A DNA stretch of 64,000 nt from Sarea resinae. Taxonomy: Eukaryota. Below, one piece after another: positions 49,801 through 61,858 of the stretch. The notes beneath the pieces were generated by a model. That model ran no database searches. It was given only the letters and a program-made list of their open reading frames with translations, and had not been told where the DNA came from. Each line of letters begins with the position of its first letter. The stretch's first letter is position 1. The translations under genes were made by a program, and so were the position numbers. The stretch lies in assembly GCA_026026165.1 (NCBI GenBank), contig JAPEUD010000001.1, positions 186,001-250,000 on the forward strand, read 5' to 3'.

Positions 49801-51385
49801 CGCCGATGTCGGTTTTTCGATGGGCATTGCGGGCACAGAGGTGGCAAAGGAAGCATCCGATATCATCTTGATGGATGATAACTTCTCGTCGATAGTCAAG
49901 GCCATCATGTGGGGAAGGGCAGTCAACGACTCTGTGAAGAAGTTCCTTCAGGTTTGTGCGGCCATTGCGAGGCCATGTTTGTTTGGCGTTTTACTTTTGC
50001 TGACCATTCTGCAGTTTCAAATCACGGTCAACATCACTGCAGTCTTGCTCGCCTTCGTGTCTGCCGTCGCCAGCTCGACCGAGAACTCGGTACTGACTGC
50101 CGTACAATTGCTATGGGTAAATCTAATCATGGACACGTTTGCTGCTCTTGCATTGGCAACCGATCCACCTATGCCAAGTATTCTCGATCGAAAGCCCGAT
50201 CCAAAGTCTGCGCCCCTGATCACGACTACTATGTGGAAAATGATCATTGGCCAAGCCATCTACCAATTGGTCGTCACCTTCGTCCTTAATTTTGCAGGAA
50301 ACTCCATATTTTCCTATCAATCCGCGCATGAGAAAAAGCAACTGCAGACTGTGGTTTTCAACACCTTTGTCTGGATGCAGATCTTTAACGAATTGAAGTA
50401 AGTCACTCGATCTTAGGATAGCTCTTCATAGCTAACCCTGGACAGCAACCGTCGTCTTGACAATAAGTTCAATGTGTTTGAGGGCATCACTCGAAACTAC
50501 TTCTTCGTTGGCATCACGATGATAATGATCGGTGGCCAGATCCTGATTGTCTTCGTTGGTGGACAAGCATTTTCTGTTACTCGACTCAACGGCGCGCAAT
50601 GGGGATATTCAATCGTCCTTGGGGCTCTCTCCATTCCGGTAGCGGTGATATTACGACTCATTCCAGATGAGTTTGTCACAAGTTTGATACCACATAGTTG
50701 GCGACGCAAGCAACAGCCGCAGCTCGTGGTTTCGGACGACGAGCAACGCTTTGAATGGAATCCTGCCATCGAAGACATTCGCGAGGAGCTCGCCTTTATG
50801 AAGAAACTTCGAGGAGGCCGACTCAACGCGCTCAAGTTCAAGCTTCAGCATCCGCGGGAGACTCTGCTCCCGGGCTCACGAAGCAGATCCCGGAGCAGCT
50901 CATTTACCCAGACCGGAACTACCGAACAGAGCGGCAGTGACGCTGGATCTCAAGCGCCTCCTACGCCAGACTCTCGCAGCCGACGGCGGGGAAGATCTCG
51001 ATCGAACTCTGCCTTTGGTCCTGCTGCTGCTATGGCAGGTATTGTTGCCGGTAGTATTGCTGGCTGGTCACCCATCGAACGCGGACACGATGATGAAGAT
51101 TTGCTCGGATTCACTCGTGCTCGTGCTCGATCAGACTTGGAATCTGTAGGGGGTCTCGAGATCCACCCAGACACTCGTCCGGACGACCCAATCATCCTTG
51201 AGAATCCGCACGCAACCGCGGTTCCTCCTAGTCAAATCGACGACTCGACCCCTGCGTTTGGCACCCACCAGTCGCCGCCTCGTGGCTTGCGGACTTCCAC
51301 TTCTCATTCACGGAAGAACTCCAATACCCCTAGCAGTCGTCTCTCCAGGGGAGGTTCGGTCAGCGCTAGCGTCCGGAAAGACTAG
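46883..51385 (+). CDS. PMC1: P2B-type vacuolar Ca2+-transporting ATPase; exons 46883-49951, 50015-50397, 50446-51385
   Basis: DESSATGES, VAVPEGLPLAVT, CSDKTGTLT, KGASE, MVTGDN, VAVTGDGTNDAPAL, QLLWVNLIMDT; introns restore KFLQ|FQITVN and FNEL-N-NRRLDN. Confidence 0.97.
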
Positions 51386-52258
51386 TCCTCCCATATCTGT
51401 CTTTCATCATGACTCAAGCTCCATCTTGGAGATGAATACACGTCTGACAGTATCCTACTGTCTATTTCTCTTGTACTCTATCTATACCCTCTACCATCTC
51501 TACATTTGCGTAAGGGGATGGCTGCGCCATTCGCCGGTTTCCTAGTCACATCCTGCTTCCCGCACCGCATTCCTGGAGAGTCAGGCGTTTTTCTCGGTAG
51601 ATGTTCTTCCGGGTTGTTCACAGGTCGTCGCCAAGGATAAAGGCATACATATTTCCTTCTCCTGTTGTTGGGTGTTTCGGTTGACGCTCGCGTCATCAAT
51701 GTCGACTTTGCTCCAAAATTTTCCTTTTCCGGTTTTTTCCAGCTTGTTCATCTCTTTACTCGTCGAGGCCAAAGGGGCACGAAATAGATTAGAGAGCTTT
51801 AGTCTCTGAACATAGGTACGGATGGACGGTGTCGGGCCGAGGACTACAAATGTACCTACGCGTCGCGCGATACCTGAGCGGTTGAGCAATCAATATCAAT
51901 TATCATCAAAATCGCTGGCGGCCATTGCGGCGTCCCCAATGACAGTATCTGAGCCCGTCCACTACGCCGTATCAAGGGCGAGGCATCTTATGTGTCCTAT
52001 GGGTATTTGCTGACTAATCACGCCCACCGCCCAGCTCGTTCGGAGTCTCCACTAACCCGATGTACGGAGTACTTTGTATATCCCGTACCTTAATCAAGCA
52101 ACCTCCTCTCCCTCCACCGCCGACGACGACGACATCGACCACCACTCATCAATCGACTCATCCCAACAGTGTCGGCCCGCATCCTCTCCGACCAACATCG
52201 TCTCCCCATCTTCAATCCCTCCTACATACATCTACAAAGCGACGACATTCCGCCCACC

Positions 52259-52958
52259 ATGTCGGCACTGCTCCACCGGCCCCAGAGCGCCACCCGCGCT
52301 CTCCGCCCGCTCATCTCTTCGTCCGCCTGCACACACGCCTCGTCATCGTCGCGGTCCGCGGCGGCGTCATTCAGCACATCGCGCCCGCTCGGCAGCGCGG
52401 ACTCGCACGAGGACCACTACGAGCCGCCGTCGGGCTGGCTGTTCGGCGTCGCCCCGGGCGAGAAGTACAAGAAGGAGGGGTGGGAGAATGTTTGGATCTA
52501 CGGCTTCTTTGGCTCGTTGATCCTCGGCGGCGTGGCTTATGCCTTTAAGCCGGATAGCTCGTACGTTCTTTTTTTTTCTTTTGATGCTTTTTGAAGGGGG
52601 GGGGAAGGAGGCAGGGCCGGTGGTGGTTTGGGGATACCATGGCTTTTCTTTTCCTTTTTCGTCTCTTTCCCCGTCGTGTCCTGTCTCTTCTTGCCCTGCC
52701 TGAGCGCCGGAGGCCAACTGCGAGATCTCTGGGTCGGGCTTTGGATTTGTGCATTGGGCATCTGGGCGCCGAGGCCGAGCGACTGTTCCCACCAATCTGC
52801 CGCCTCTATCTCCTTCTGGTGTCCCAATTGACCGTCTGGATCGCTAACCTCGTTTCCTTTTTTCTCCTCACAGGATACAAACCTGGGCTCTAGAGGAAGC
52901 CCGCCGACGGTTAGAGGCCGAGGGTATCCTGCCCGAGACGTCGTCCAAGGAGCAATAG
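52259..52958 (+). CDS. NDUFB11: Complex I ESSS subunit (NDUFB11 homolog); exons 52259-52560, 52874-52958
   Basis: Arg/Ser/Ala-rich presequence, HYEPPSGWLFGV.PGEKYKKEGWE, single TM helix, AFKPDS|SIQTWALEEARRRL; 313-nt intron with GCTAAC branch. Confidence 0.92.
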
Positions 52959-53269
52959 ACGGATCTACGCGTGCGTGAAAGAGGCGACAAGAGGCGAAAG
53001 TGATGGGGGTGGGATACTGTCTTATAGCGGAGAGGGAGATATCGAGCTGGGAGAAGCCAGTGAGGCGGTCGGTGTATGTTGTGGGTCGGGGGAGATGGTG
53101 ACGGGATGGATGACCTGGCATGGTACGGCATGGCGTGGCGTGGCGTGGGGAGCAGATGCACAAAGCAAGCTTGACTGAAAGCAGGTGGATGGAGAGAAGA
53201 GAATTGGCTGGCTGGGCTCATGTAGATTCATTCATACAGGAGGGGCAATGAAAAGAGAAGCTAAAGTTA

Positions 53270-53278
53270 GAGCCACTG

Positions 53279-53321
<43 letters not shown>

Positions 53322-53960
53322 CAGAGAGTATAATCCGTTACCTTTTTTTTTTTTTTTTCTTATTTCTTTCTCTCCTGTGCCAATCCAATCAGAGGATAGA
53401 CAAGAGTAGAACTTGTAAGGGTCTAGAGAGATATATGTATCTTGTTTTGTGTTTTGATCTTTCTTCTTTTTAGGGTTTTCTTTTCGTTTTTCTGTCTGAG
53501 GGGTCTGAGGGGTGGAGAGAGGTAGAGAGGAGTTGAGTGCAGAGAGTAAAGAGGAGAGTAGATTTGAAGAGAAGAGGTAGACTAAGGTAGACTAAGGTAA
53601 GGTAGGGTAGGGTAGGGTAGGGTAGGGTAGAGGGGCTTAGTTGTGATGATGATAATAATAATAATGATAAATGATAACAATGGGGATAGGAATCGGGATA
53701 GGGATAGGGATAGGGATAGGGATAATAACGATAATAGGCGTAGGGATACTAACAATGTGAGTGACGACAATAGCGAACGCGCGATACGATGGGATCCTAG
53801 TCCTCAAACAAGTCCTTCCTATTATCATTTCTATTTCCTATCCCATTCTTTCTTTATTCTCTTACTTTCTATTCGTTCTATTTTCTTCTTTTCTTCTTTT
53901 CTTCTTTTCTTCTTTTCTTCTTTTCTTCTTTTCTTCTTTTCTTCGATAACATATACAGTC
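53270..53960. repeat. Microsatellite field between convergent genes
   Basis: (GCCAGA)8 near 53278-53327, poly-T, (GGGTA)~6 near 53601-53630, (GAT/AAT)n near 53645-53675, (GGGATA)~5 near 53695-53724, 21-nt T/C unit x3 near 53881-53943. Confidence 0.9.
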
Positions 53961-54221
53961 CCTCTCTTAGCCATCCTGCTATCTGACCATCTATTCCAAA
54001 CACTTCTATCCGTAGCAGGTTTCCTTCCCACTTCCACTTGTTCCAAGCACCGAGTACTGATTTCGGAGAGGAAATCAAACATAACACGTACGGCGCCAGC
54101 ACCAGCACCAACACACGCACACACGCGCTTGTATCATCCAACAGTCACGCCTATAGCTGTGGCGTGCTTACAATGCTTACAATACACAACACATTTACGA
54201 AATCCATCTCTCTCTACCGCT

Positions 54222-55238
54222 TCAGATGCCAGTCTTCCAGTCGGCCTCGATCCCCAGGACCAAGTGCCGCAAGATGGCCTCGTCCATGTTCCACAGCACG
54301 GGACTCTGCACCAGACTCCACATCTTCGTCGATGTCTGCTGCACGCCGCAGCCGTCTCGTCGCCAGAAGGCCTCGCGCAGGTAGCTTGTCAGGGTGCGTT
54401 TGCGGGGGTCGGTGCTACCCTGTGCCGCGTCGTCGTTGTCGTCGTCTTCGGTGTTGGTGGTGGCTTGGGTAACAGTTCCAGGAGCATTGTTGGTGATGTA
54501 GGTGGTACTACTGGCAGCGCCGTCGATCTGGTAAGAGTCCAAACACATCCACTCGCTGTGCAATTCCTGGGCCGCGTCGGCCTTGTGCCCAAGGACATCG
54601 TTCAAAAAGCGCGGGCCATACTTGAGAAGCAGCTCGCCAAAGACGAGACAGATGTCCGAGCGGGTCGCCGTGTCGTTGCGGGCGAACGAGGCGTTGATGA
54701 TGCCCTCGCCTACCTCCTCGGCGATCTTGATCGCCAGGTACAGTTCGAGGTGGAGCAGGGCGAGGGCATAAAGGGGTAGAGAGAGAAGAAAGGAGACTTT
54801 CTGCGACTGGGTCGGCTGGTCCGACAGCCGGTAGAGGAGCAGCAGGGAGCCCCGCTGGATCGCGTTCCAGTGCGCCGTTTGGTGGGGCAAAGGGTAAGTC
54901 GTTTCTTGTGAGAGGGAAGTGGTCTTGGCAATCAGGGCGGAGATGGTGGCGGTGCGGTGGGCGAGGAGGGAGAGCCAGCGAAAGGAGGGTTGGGACAGGG
55001 GCTCCGGGAGAAGGAGGGTCGGGGGAGGGAAAACGAGGGCCGCGGTTGGGAATTGCGTGGCGCCGATGGCTTTAGACAGGCAGTGCTCGTAATGCGTTAC
55101 GATGTCGTGGGTGCGCTTATTGACGAGGAGTAGTGATAGGAGCGTCGAGGGCGTGAAGGGAAGGTGGGTTGTTATTTCGACGACCAGGTCCACCGGAAGC
55201 TGCTCCCAGGGTGAGAACAAAGCACCTGAAAACGCCAT
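54222..55238 (-). CDS. F-box-like domain protein (338 aa)
   Basis: N-terminal WEQLPVDLVVEITTHL..LLSLLLVNKR F-box pattern; single-exon ATG ORF with coding-like codon bias. Confidence 0.72.
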   Translation of the reverse strand: MAFSGALFSPWEQLPVDLVVEITTHLPFTPSTLLSLLLVNKRTHDIVTHYEHCLSKAIGATQFPTAALVFPPPTLLLPEPLSQPSFRWLSLLAHRTATISALIAKTTSLSQETTYPLPHQTAHWNAIQRGSLLLLYRLSDQPTQSQKVSFLLSLPLYALALLHLELYLAIKIAEEVGEGIINASFARNDTATRSDICLVFGELLLKYGPRFLNDVLGHKADAAQELHSEWMCLDSYQIDGAASSTTYITNNAPGTVTQATTNTEDDDNDDAAQGSTDPRKRTLTSYLREAFWRRDGCGVQQTSTKMWSLVQSPVLWNMDEAILRHLVLGIEADWKTGI

Positions 55239-56851
55239 ATTCGACGGGAGATCGAATGAGTTTATATGTTGTGACTGTCTTGTTCAATGATGGTTGGTTC
55301 GATGTCTGCGAGGTAGACTCGCGTTTAAAGGACTCTGGCGCAGCCAGGTGGTGATGAGGTTCTATGGTGACAAGGTTCGTACAATTCCTGAGGGAATGGC
55401 AGTGATAAAAGTGATGATTCAAGAGATGGTCTACTGACGATAGAGAGAGGGTATGCAGAGGCAGAACATCAATCAGACAGCGAGCGAAGAAGATACAGGT
55501 AGTCTTTGGACGCCTGCTGGCTCAATGCAGCACAACGGTTTGCAAGTGACGGGTGATGGATTTGGAACTCAATGAAAGTGAGGAGATGATCCGAATCAGC
55601 GTCTGCAATCAATGGATGCAAATGAGAGGGGTTTCGTATTGAGGTGCATGCACCACCAAGGTGATGAAGAGAGATCCATAACATGGTCACGGGCGGGGCG
55701 CACCCTGATGGGTACGGTCGATGTCCTCGACTCCCTCCACTCCACGACTGTTGTTGGCAGGCACGAGGGAGGTCGAAGAGATGGACACCTTGGGGTATCC
55801 CCTCTCTCCAGTCATCGAGGGCAATGGAGGCCGTGGAGGCCATGGAGACCGCCGTGAGCACACATCAACAAGAGAGTCATCCATGATGGCCTTGATCTTA
55901 GTCATCCACGCCGCCATCCATTCCAGGGCACGCGTGAACCAAGACCTACTCGTACTGAAGTCTGTTACGCGACTCGACTGGACTGGACATGGCTTACCTC
56001 GGTATGATCATATCGATGCCGTGCATCTCATATCAATGCCTTCATGTTGCATCTCGTCGTGGTCGAGAGTAGGTACCTCCTACATAGGCGTTTCGGTTCG
56101 GGACGGGATCTCAATTCCGACAGGTGATGCGCAGTGCCTGTACCGAGTCGTACCGGGTACGAGCGTCGACTCGCCGCAATTCGATGCAGTCAAGTCGACC
56201 GCCATGGGCAATGACGACAATCAGATGACCACCGTGGAGAACGGGGTGCGCCGATCCATCGATATTGCTCGCACCCTGAGCAATCCCGTACCCGGTACCC
56301 GCCAGTACCAGTACCCGTATCCGTAGCGCTACTCACCAGTGACCTGCCCATGCCCGCCATGACTCGTGTCTGCTCGGGTACTCGTGCGGTCTCGCCGCAC
56401 TCTATCGTCATGTCTGTGATCCAATATCGATCGATCCATCCATGGAACCGTCCAATGCATCGCTCCAAATGAGCTACGCGTAGTGCATCACCTACTCCAG
56501 TATTGACAGTATCAAGTACATCCATGGGTGCAGCGAAGACCCTCGCCGTCCTGACTTCTATGACGCAACCTCTACTGGGTTCAGCAGCAACGATGAAATT
56601 TCCGTCCTCCAGACGCGTCGCACTTGCTCTCTCGAGCTGGAGCGATCGCCAGATGCTGTCCGCAAGCTTCGCGTTCCTGTTTGTATCCTGGTCCTCACTG
56701 TCGTGCATGGACCTTTGCATCTCTCCCTCATCTGTATAAAATCCAACTCGATCCCGCCGCTGCGACGGTTGTGGAACTCTCTTACAGCTCTACAGCATCC
56801 CATTCTTTGCACATCTCACCTTTCCCCTCGCTGTCCCCGGAACTACGGGCC

Positions 56852-58778
56852 ATGACAGAACTCATCAGGGACACCGTCTTTGGCCACTTGCTGCGGCTTC
56901 TCTCTGGCGGCCGGCTTCTACCTTATGCCGAGGACCGAGATCCTGCGTTGTGGAAGAAGTATGTGAATGAGGAGGCCTCTGGTCGATTGGCCCATCACGG
57001 CCATCTCGAGCGTCATGGGACTGAATCCGACACGGAAGACCGGCCGATCGAAGGTATCGGTATCGCGAAACGAGAGGAAAACGGACTGCCTTTGGCCGAT
57101 TCCTCACCGTCGGATTCATCCGATCTGGCCTTCAATGAGGCGAGCGGTGTGAAAGTGGACCCGGAGAAGGGCAAGGACTATAACGTCGTCGATTGGTTTG
57201 GCCCAGACGATCCCGAGGTATGGAGGACCGGCACGGCAATCTCCAAGGACGAGCATGTGCTGACTTCAGACGCAGAACCCTCTCAACTGGTCGCATACCA
57301 AAAAGGTCTTTGTCACGGCTGAAATATGTCTCTTGACTTTCTCTGTATATATCGGTTCGGCCATCTACTCGGCCGGAGAGATGTCTGTCATGAAGCATTT
57401 TGGTGTCAGTCAAGTTGCTGCAACACTCGGTCTGACCCTTTTCGTCTTGGGATACGCTGTTGGTGAGTAACTTACCCTCCATGCTCCATCAACTCTCTTT
57501 GGCCTGTGAGGGACAGAACTGACGGTCTGAAAGGGCCAATGATATGGTCTCCCATGAGCGAAATCCCACAGATCGGCAGGAATCCCATCTACATTGCAAC
57601 ACTTTTCGTCTTCGTTTGCTTTCAGATTCCCACGGCTTTGGCGGTCAATTTTGGCATGTTGCTTGCGTTTCGATTCCTCTGTGGCTTCGTCGGCTCTCCC
57701 GCCTTGGCGACTGGCGGTGCCAGCATAGCAGACATGTACGTGCCAAGGAAGCGCGCCTACGGAATCACAATCTGGGGTATCGCTGCAGTGAATGGGCCCG
57801 TGCTTGGTCCCCTCGTGGGCGGGTTTGCCGCGCAGGCCGAAAGTTGGAGATGGCCGATCTGGGAACTGATGTGGCTCTCCGGTGGCACTCTCATCCTCCT
57901 CATCTTCTTCTTGCCGGAGACCTCGCCATCTAACATCCTTTATCGACGCGCTCGACGGCTGCGAAAGCTCACAGGCAATGACAAGCTCAAATGTGCAGCG
58001 GAGATAGCGTCCGACTCGATGACGGGCAAAGATGTCGCGGTGATGATGCTCGTGCGTCCGCTCACCCTCAACTTCACAGAGCCCATCGTCCTGCTCCTGA
58101 ACCTCTACATCGCCCTGATTTACGGCTTGCTGTATATTTGGTTCGAATCTTTTCCTCTGGTATTTGAGGGCATCTATAAATTCAACCTCGGTGAGAACGG
58201 TCTCGCCTTCCTCGGCATCCTCATCGGTGCCGTCCTCGTCGTCCCGCCCTTTTTTCTGTACCTCTACTACGTCCAAGAAAAGCAGTTCAACGACAAAGGG
58301 GAGCTCAAGCCTGAATACCGCCTACCACCCGCCTTCGTCGGAAGTATCTGCATTCCCATCTGCCTATTCTGGTTTGGCTGGACCTCTCGCGCCAGCATTC
58401 ATTGGATCGTTCCCATCATCGGGTCGGGCTTATACTCCATTGGCGCATTTTTGCTCTTCAACTCCGTCCTGAATTATCTCCCGGACGCTTATCCAGAGTA
58501 CGCTGCTTCCGTCCTCGCTGGAAACGACTTGATGAGGGCGTCTTTCGGTGCTGGCTTTCCGCTGTTTGCAACGGCCATGTATAAAAATCTAGGCATTGGC
58601 TGGGCTAGTACGCTGCTAGCCTTGCTAGGAGTCGTTTTCATTCCGATACCCTTTGCACTGTACTATGTAAGTCTGCTCTTGGCCCGTGACAATTTCGTCA
58701 GTACTGCACTAACAGCTTTATTTTTAGTATGGTGAGCCTATTCGCATGCGCAGCAAGCATGCGCGGAAGGATTTTTAG
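56852..58778 (+). CDS. MFS drug:H+ antiporter, DHA1 family (Flr1/Mdr1/Caf5-like); exons 56852-57217, 57276-57462, 57534-58666, 58728-58778
   Basis: VDWFGPDDPE|NPLNWS..KK, GPMIWSPMSEIPQIGRNPIY, GSPALATGGASIAD, GPVLGPLVGG, LPET, PEYRL, AASVLAGN; multiple TM segments. Confidence 0.95.
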
Positions 58779-59780
58779 ATACGAGATACCCGGGTGGCAT
58801 TTAATTCTCAAGCATTGTGTATAGGTCCATAAGAGTACATGCTGTTTCTCGGAGAGTATGACGACGGAGGTCGGAGACTCTACTATTCTTCATATGACGA
58901 CATGATAGAGCAGAAAGAACGGGACGACTAGAAAGAGAAGATTGATTAGAGACGATTGTTTCTCGTCTGGCGTCTGACGCCTAGGATATGATTATTTAAT
59001 AAGCCATAGATCAATGCATTCAAGTTCCTCGACTATATCTGTGAAACAATTCAAGACTTGATCGAAACCCCTTGAAAGGAATGATTCCTATGATCATTTC
59101 TCTTCAAATTGTTGATTTTGTAAGTGGAGTGATACGGACTGCTATGAAAAAACCTGGCCAGTACTATCTGTGTACGGAGTCGTATCGACCGACCGACCCC
59201 TGTCCCACAACCCAATGTACCCAATGTTGCCAGGTTGACGGCCCTCACCACCACACCCTGCCTAAACAAGCGCACCACCTCACTTTTTCCTACCAGCTCT
59301 CTCCTTCCTAATACCTCTTCATTCTTTACGAACGCAATTGCAATTCGTATCATCATCCCTCTGCATGATGCATCGTGCGCCAAAGTCATTGCATCGCATT
59401 GGTTGTCGTCGATTATAGCATAGCGCCGTTGTTGTTATTGTTGACCGCCGCGGTGAGTTGTGTGGTTCTCTTATCGTTATCGCTACTCACAACGTTGCAA
59501 CTGCGTCCATGGATGGAATGAATTGAAAAATTGAGGTTCGATTTAATGTCGTGGCATGCGCAGCTGGGGGATTGAAATTCAATTGGCTAATTTTTGAGTC
59601 TTTGGCTGACCCAGCGCTCCGTTTAAGCATCTACGGGAGCAGACGGCTAGATTCATCGCAGGAGATTTTGAGCCATTGAGCGTTGAGCGAGTTTGATAAC
59701 GAGATACGACGGGCTTCACGACGACGATCTGCACCCTCCCATCTTTCTACGATTAAACAAGAACGCCTCCGAAAATAACG

Positions 59781-60737
59781 ATGCATCACTACCTCTCTTC
59801 CACCATCTCCCCACTCTTCGCCGCCCTCCTGCTCCTCCTCTCCGCCTTTCCCGCCCCATCGTCAAGCACACACCTCTCACCCTTTTTCTCCCCTCTCCTC
59901 AACGATCTCTCCTCCGCCACAGACACAACAAAGACCACCTCAAACGAAACCCTGATACCCGATCTCCTCATCCTCTCGCGCCGCTCAAACGGTTGCCCTT
60001 CGGACTACACGTCCTGCGCCAACCTCGGGGCGGCGGGCTCGTGCTGTAAGTCCGACACGGCCTGTGCGCTGGACCAGCAGGGCCAAGTCGCCTGCTGTCC
60101 GTCGGGCGCCGCATGCACCGGCACCATCAGCGGCAGCGGCTCCGGAATCGCAACGGGCTCTACAAGCTCGTCATCGGGCGCGAGCAGCAGCAGCGGCGGG
60201 TTCCTCATCACCGGCAGCTCCAGCTCCACGTCTTCCTCGTCATCATCCGCAACAGGCGGCGCCAGCAGCAGTAGCACATCCGGCTTCATCGCCGCCACCA
60301 CCACCACCTCCGGCTCCGGCTCCGGCTCGGGCGGAAGCCAAGCCACCAGCACCCTGACGAACCAATACTACCCCTTCCCCATCCCGCCAACGTCGTACAG
60401 CAACAGCGGCGCCTGCTCCTCGGCGCTGGCCGCCTGCTCGACCAATTTCCAACGCTGCACGGCCTCGCTCGCCGGCGGCGCCAACGGCGTCACCATCACC
60501 AACGGTAATGGCGGCGGCGGCTGGACCGTCCAGGGCGCCACCGCCACCGTCCAGGGCGCCAGCAGCATCTGCGCGTCCCTGAGCAGTCAGGCGTGCGGGA
60601 ACGTCGATTGCGGCACCTTTAGCGCGGGCAGCGCCAATGCGGCGCCGACGAGGTGTGTGCGCGGCTATAGGGGCGTGGGCGGCTATGGCATCGCGGGCAT
60701 GGGCGTTGCGTTGGGGGTCGCGGGCCAGTTGATGTAA
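59781..60737 (+). CDS. Secreted Ser/Gly/Thr-rich, Cys-containing protein, probably GPI-anchored cell wall protein (318 aa)
   Basis: Signal peptide (PLFAALLLLLSA), RR processing-like site, Cys-rich module CPSDYTSC..SCC..C..ACCPSGAAC, Ser/Gly linker, second Cys module, hydrophobic C-terminus. Confidence 0.82.
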   Translation: MHHYLSSTISPLFAALLLLLSAFPAPSSSTHLSPFFSPLLNDLSSATDTTKTTSNETLIPDLLILSRRSNGCPSDYTSCANLGAAGSCCKSDTACALDQQGQVACCPSGAACTGTISGSGSGIATGSTSSSSGASSSSGGFLITGSSSSTSSSSSSATGGASSSSTSGFIAATTTTSGSGSGSGGSQATSTLTNQYYPFPIPPTSYSNSGACSSALAACSTNFQRCTASLAGGANGVTITNGNGGGGWTVQGATATVQGASSICASLSSQACGNVDCGTFSAGSANAAPTRCVRGYRGVGGYGIAGMGVALGVAGQLM

Positions 60738-60739
60738 TC

Positions 60740-60941
60740 TTCTCTTTTCTTTTCCTTTTTCCTTTTTTTTTCCCCCTCAATCCTCATCTCATCTCATCAT
60801 CCAGCGAGGCGCGTTAATCGGTTCGAGTCAGTCGGATCGGATCGGAGGACCGGGTGACGCTGTTGTTGTTTGTGTATAGGAAAAGGAAAGAGCCCACCTA
60901 GCAGGACGGGACGGGTCGAATGGATAATCATCATCATCATT

Positions 60942-60974
<33 letters not shown>

Positions 60975-61858
60975 TTCCGTGTCGGAAGCCAGAAGGATGG
61001 ATAGATAAATTAGAGTAAAATCAGGGCGTGAGCCGGTGTCAAATGGACATGCATTCAATTACTGTACTTGTGATCTGAATGGAGAGATAGACTACAGCGG
61101 TTGAGTGTCTGCGCAAGACATGATGGCTTCTGTTTTGCTTTCGCCGCCAAAATAATCATGTTTCATTTCATGCTTGGCTGGGTTCTGCTTGGCTCGGGCT
61201 CTGGCTCTCTCTTCCGCTGGTTACGGCTGGCTGGCTGGCTTGCTGGCTGGCTTGCAGGGTACGTTTGTATGTAGGTATGTAATGTAGGTATGTATGTAGG
61301 TGGCCAGTTCACATTAGGTGGGCGTGCACGTAGAAGATAGGAGATAGATAGATGGATAGATGGATGGATGGATGGATCATTCAGGGTGGGGGGTGTTTTG
61401 TTGTTTGACTGATTGATTGTTTGTTTGTCTGGTTGCACTAGCTGGTCTGGTCTGGTCTGGTCTGGTCTGGTCTGGTCTGGTCTGGTCTGGTCTGGTCTGC
61501 CTGCCTGCCTGCCTGCCTGGCCTGCCTGTCTGCCCGCCTGACCGGCTGGATGGATGGATGGCTGAATGGTGGTAGCGGTGGTAGTGGTAGGATAGTGTGT
61601 TCGCTGTAAGGCCGGCCCTTGGTCGAATAGGTGTGGGGTGGGCCTAGAAGGGGCTTGGTGGTGGTGGCGGAAAGGAGGACGGAAGAGAGCAAGCGGAAAG
61701 AGAGTGAATGATGAAACCAATGGGGCGCAAGTGTGCAGTATGGATGGATGGATGGAAGAAGTGACGCTGGATGCTGGACTGCAGTTGAATAGAAAAATTG
61801 GACGGGTAGGTGGATAGGGAGGACGGTAGGTTGGTAGGAAGGGAGGAAGGCTGGGTGG
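60740..61858. repeat. Microsatellite field between convergent genes
   Basis: (ATC)~15 near 60927-60974, (GGCT)n near 61225-61250, (GATA/GATG)n near 61343-61377, (TGGTC)11 near 61444-61498, (GCCT)n near 61499-61527. Confidence 0.9.

Noticed and set aside
9052..52958. CIA30-family gene and NDUFB11 as a complex I cluster
   Set aside because: More than 40 kb apart with many unrelated genes between
53601..53630. (TAGGG)n resembling telomeric repeat
   Set aside because: Not TTAGGG, short, and embedded among unrelated microsatellites
53643..54779. 378-aa plus-strand ORF
   Set aside because: Its first third translates microsatellites (poly-I, RD, FFSS) and the rest is antisense to the GC-rich F-box-like gene; no coherent domain
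55898..55904. Yap1-type TTAGTCA site upstream of the DHA1 transporter
   Set aside because: Single 7-mer about 950 bp from the ATG, within chance expectation despite the FLR1 analogy
57410..58276. Long antisense ORFs over real genes (also 61866-62639, 30709-31581, 35028-35858, 590-1087)
   Set aside because: Shadow ORFs produced by codon bias of the sense gene; no independent motifs
60820..60829. B-box-like GGTTCGAGTC
   Set aside because: No A-box, acceptor stem or cloverleaf around it, so not a tRNA; a lone TFIIIC site cannot be supported from sequence alone
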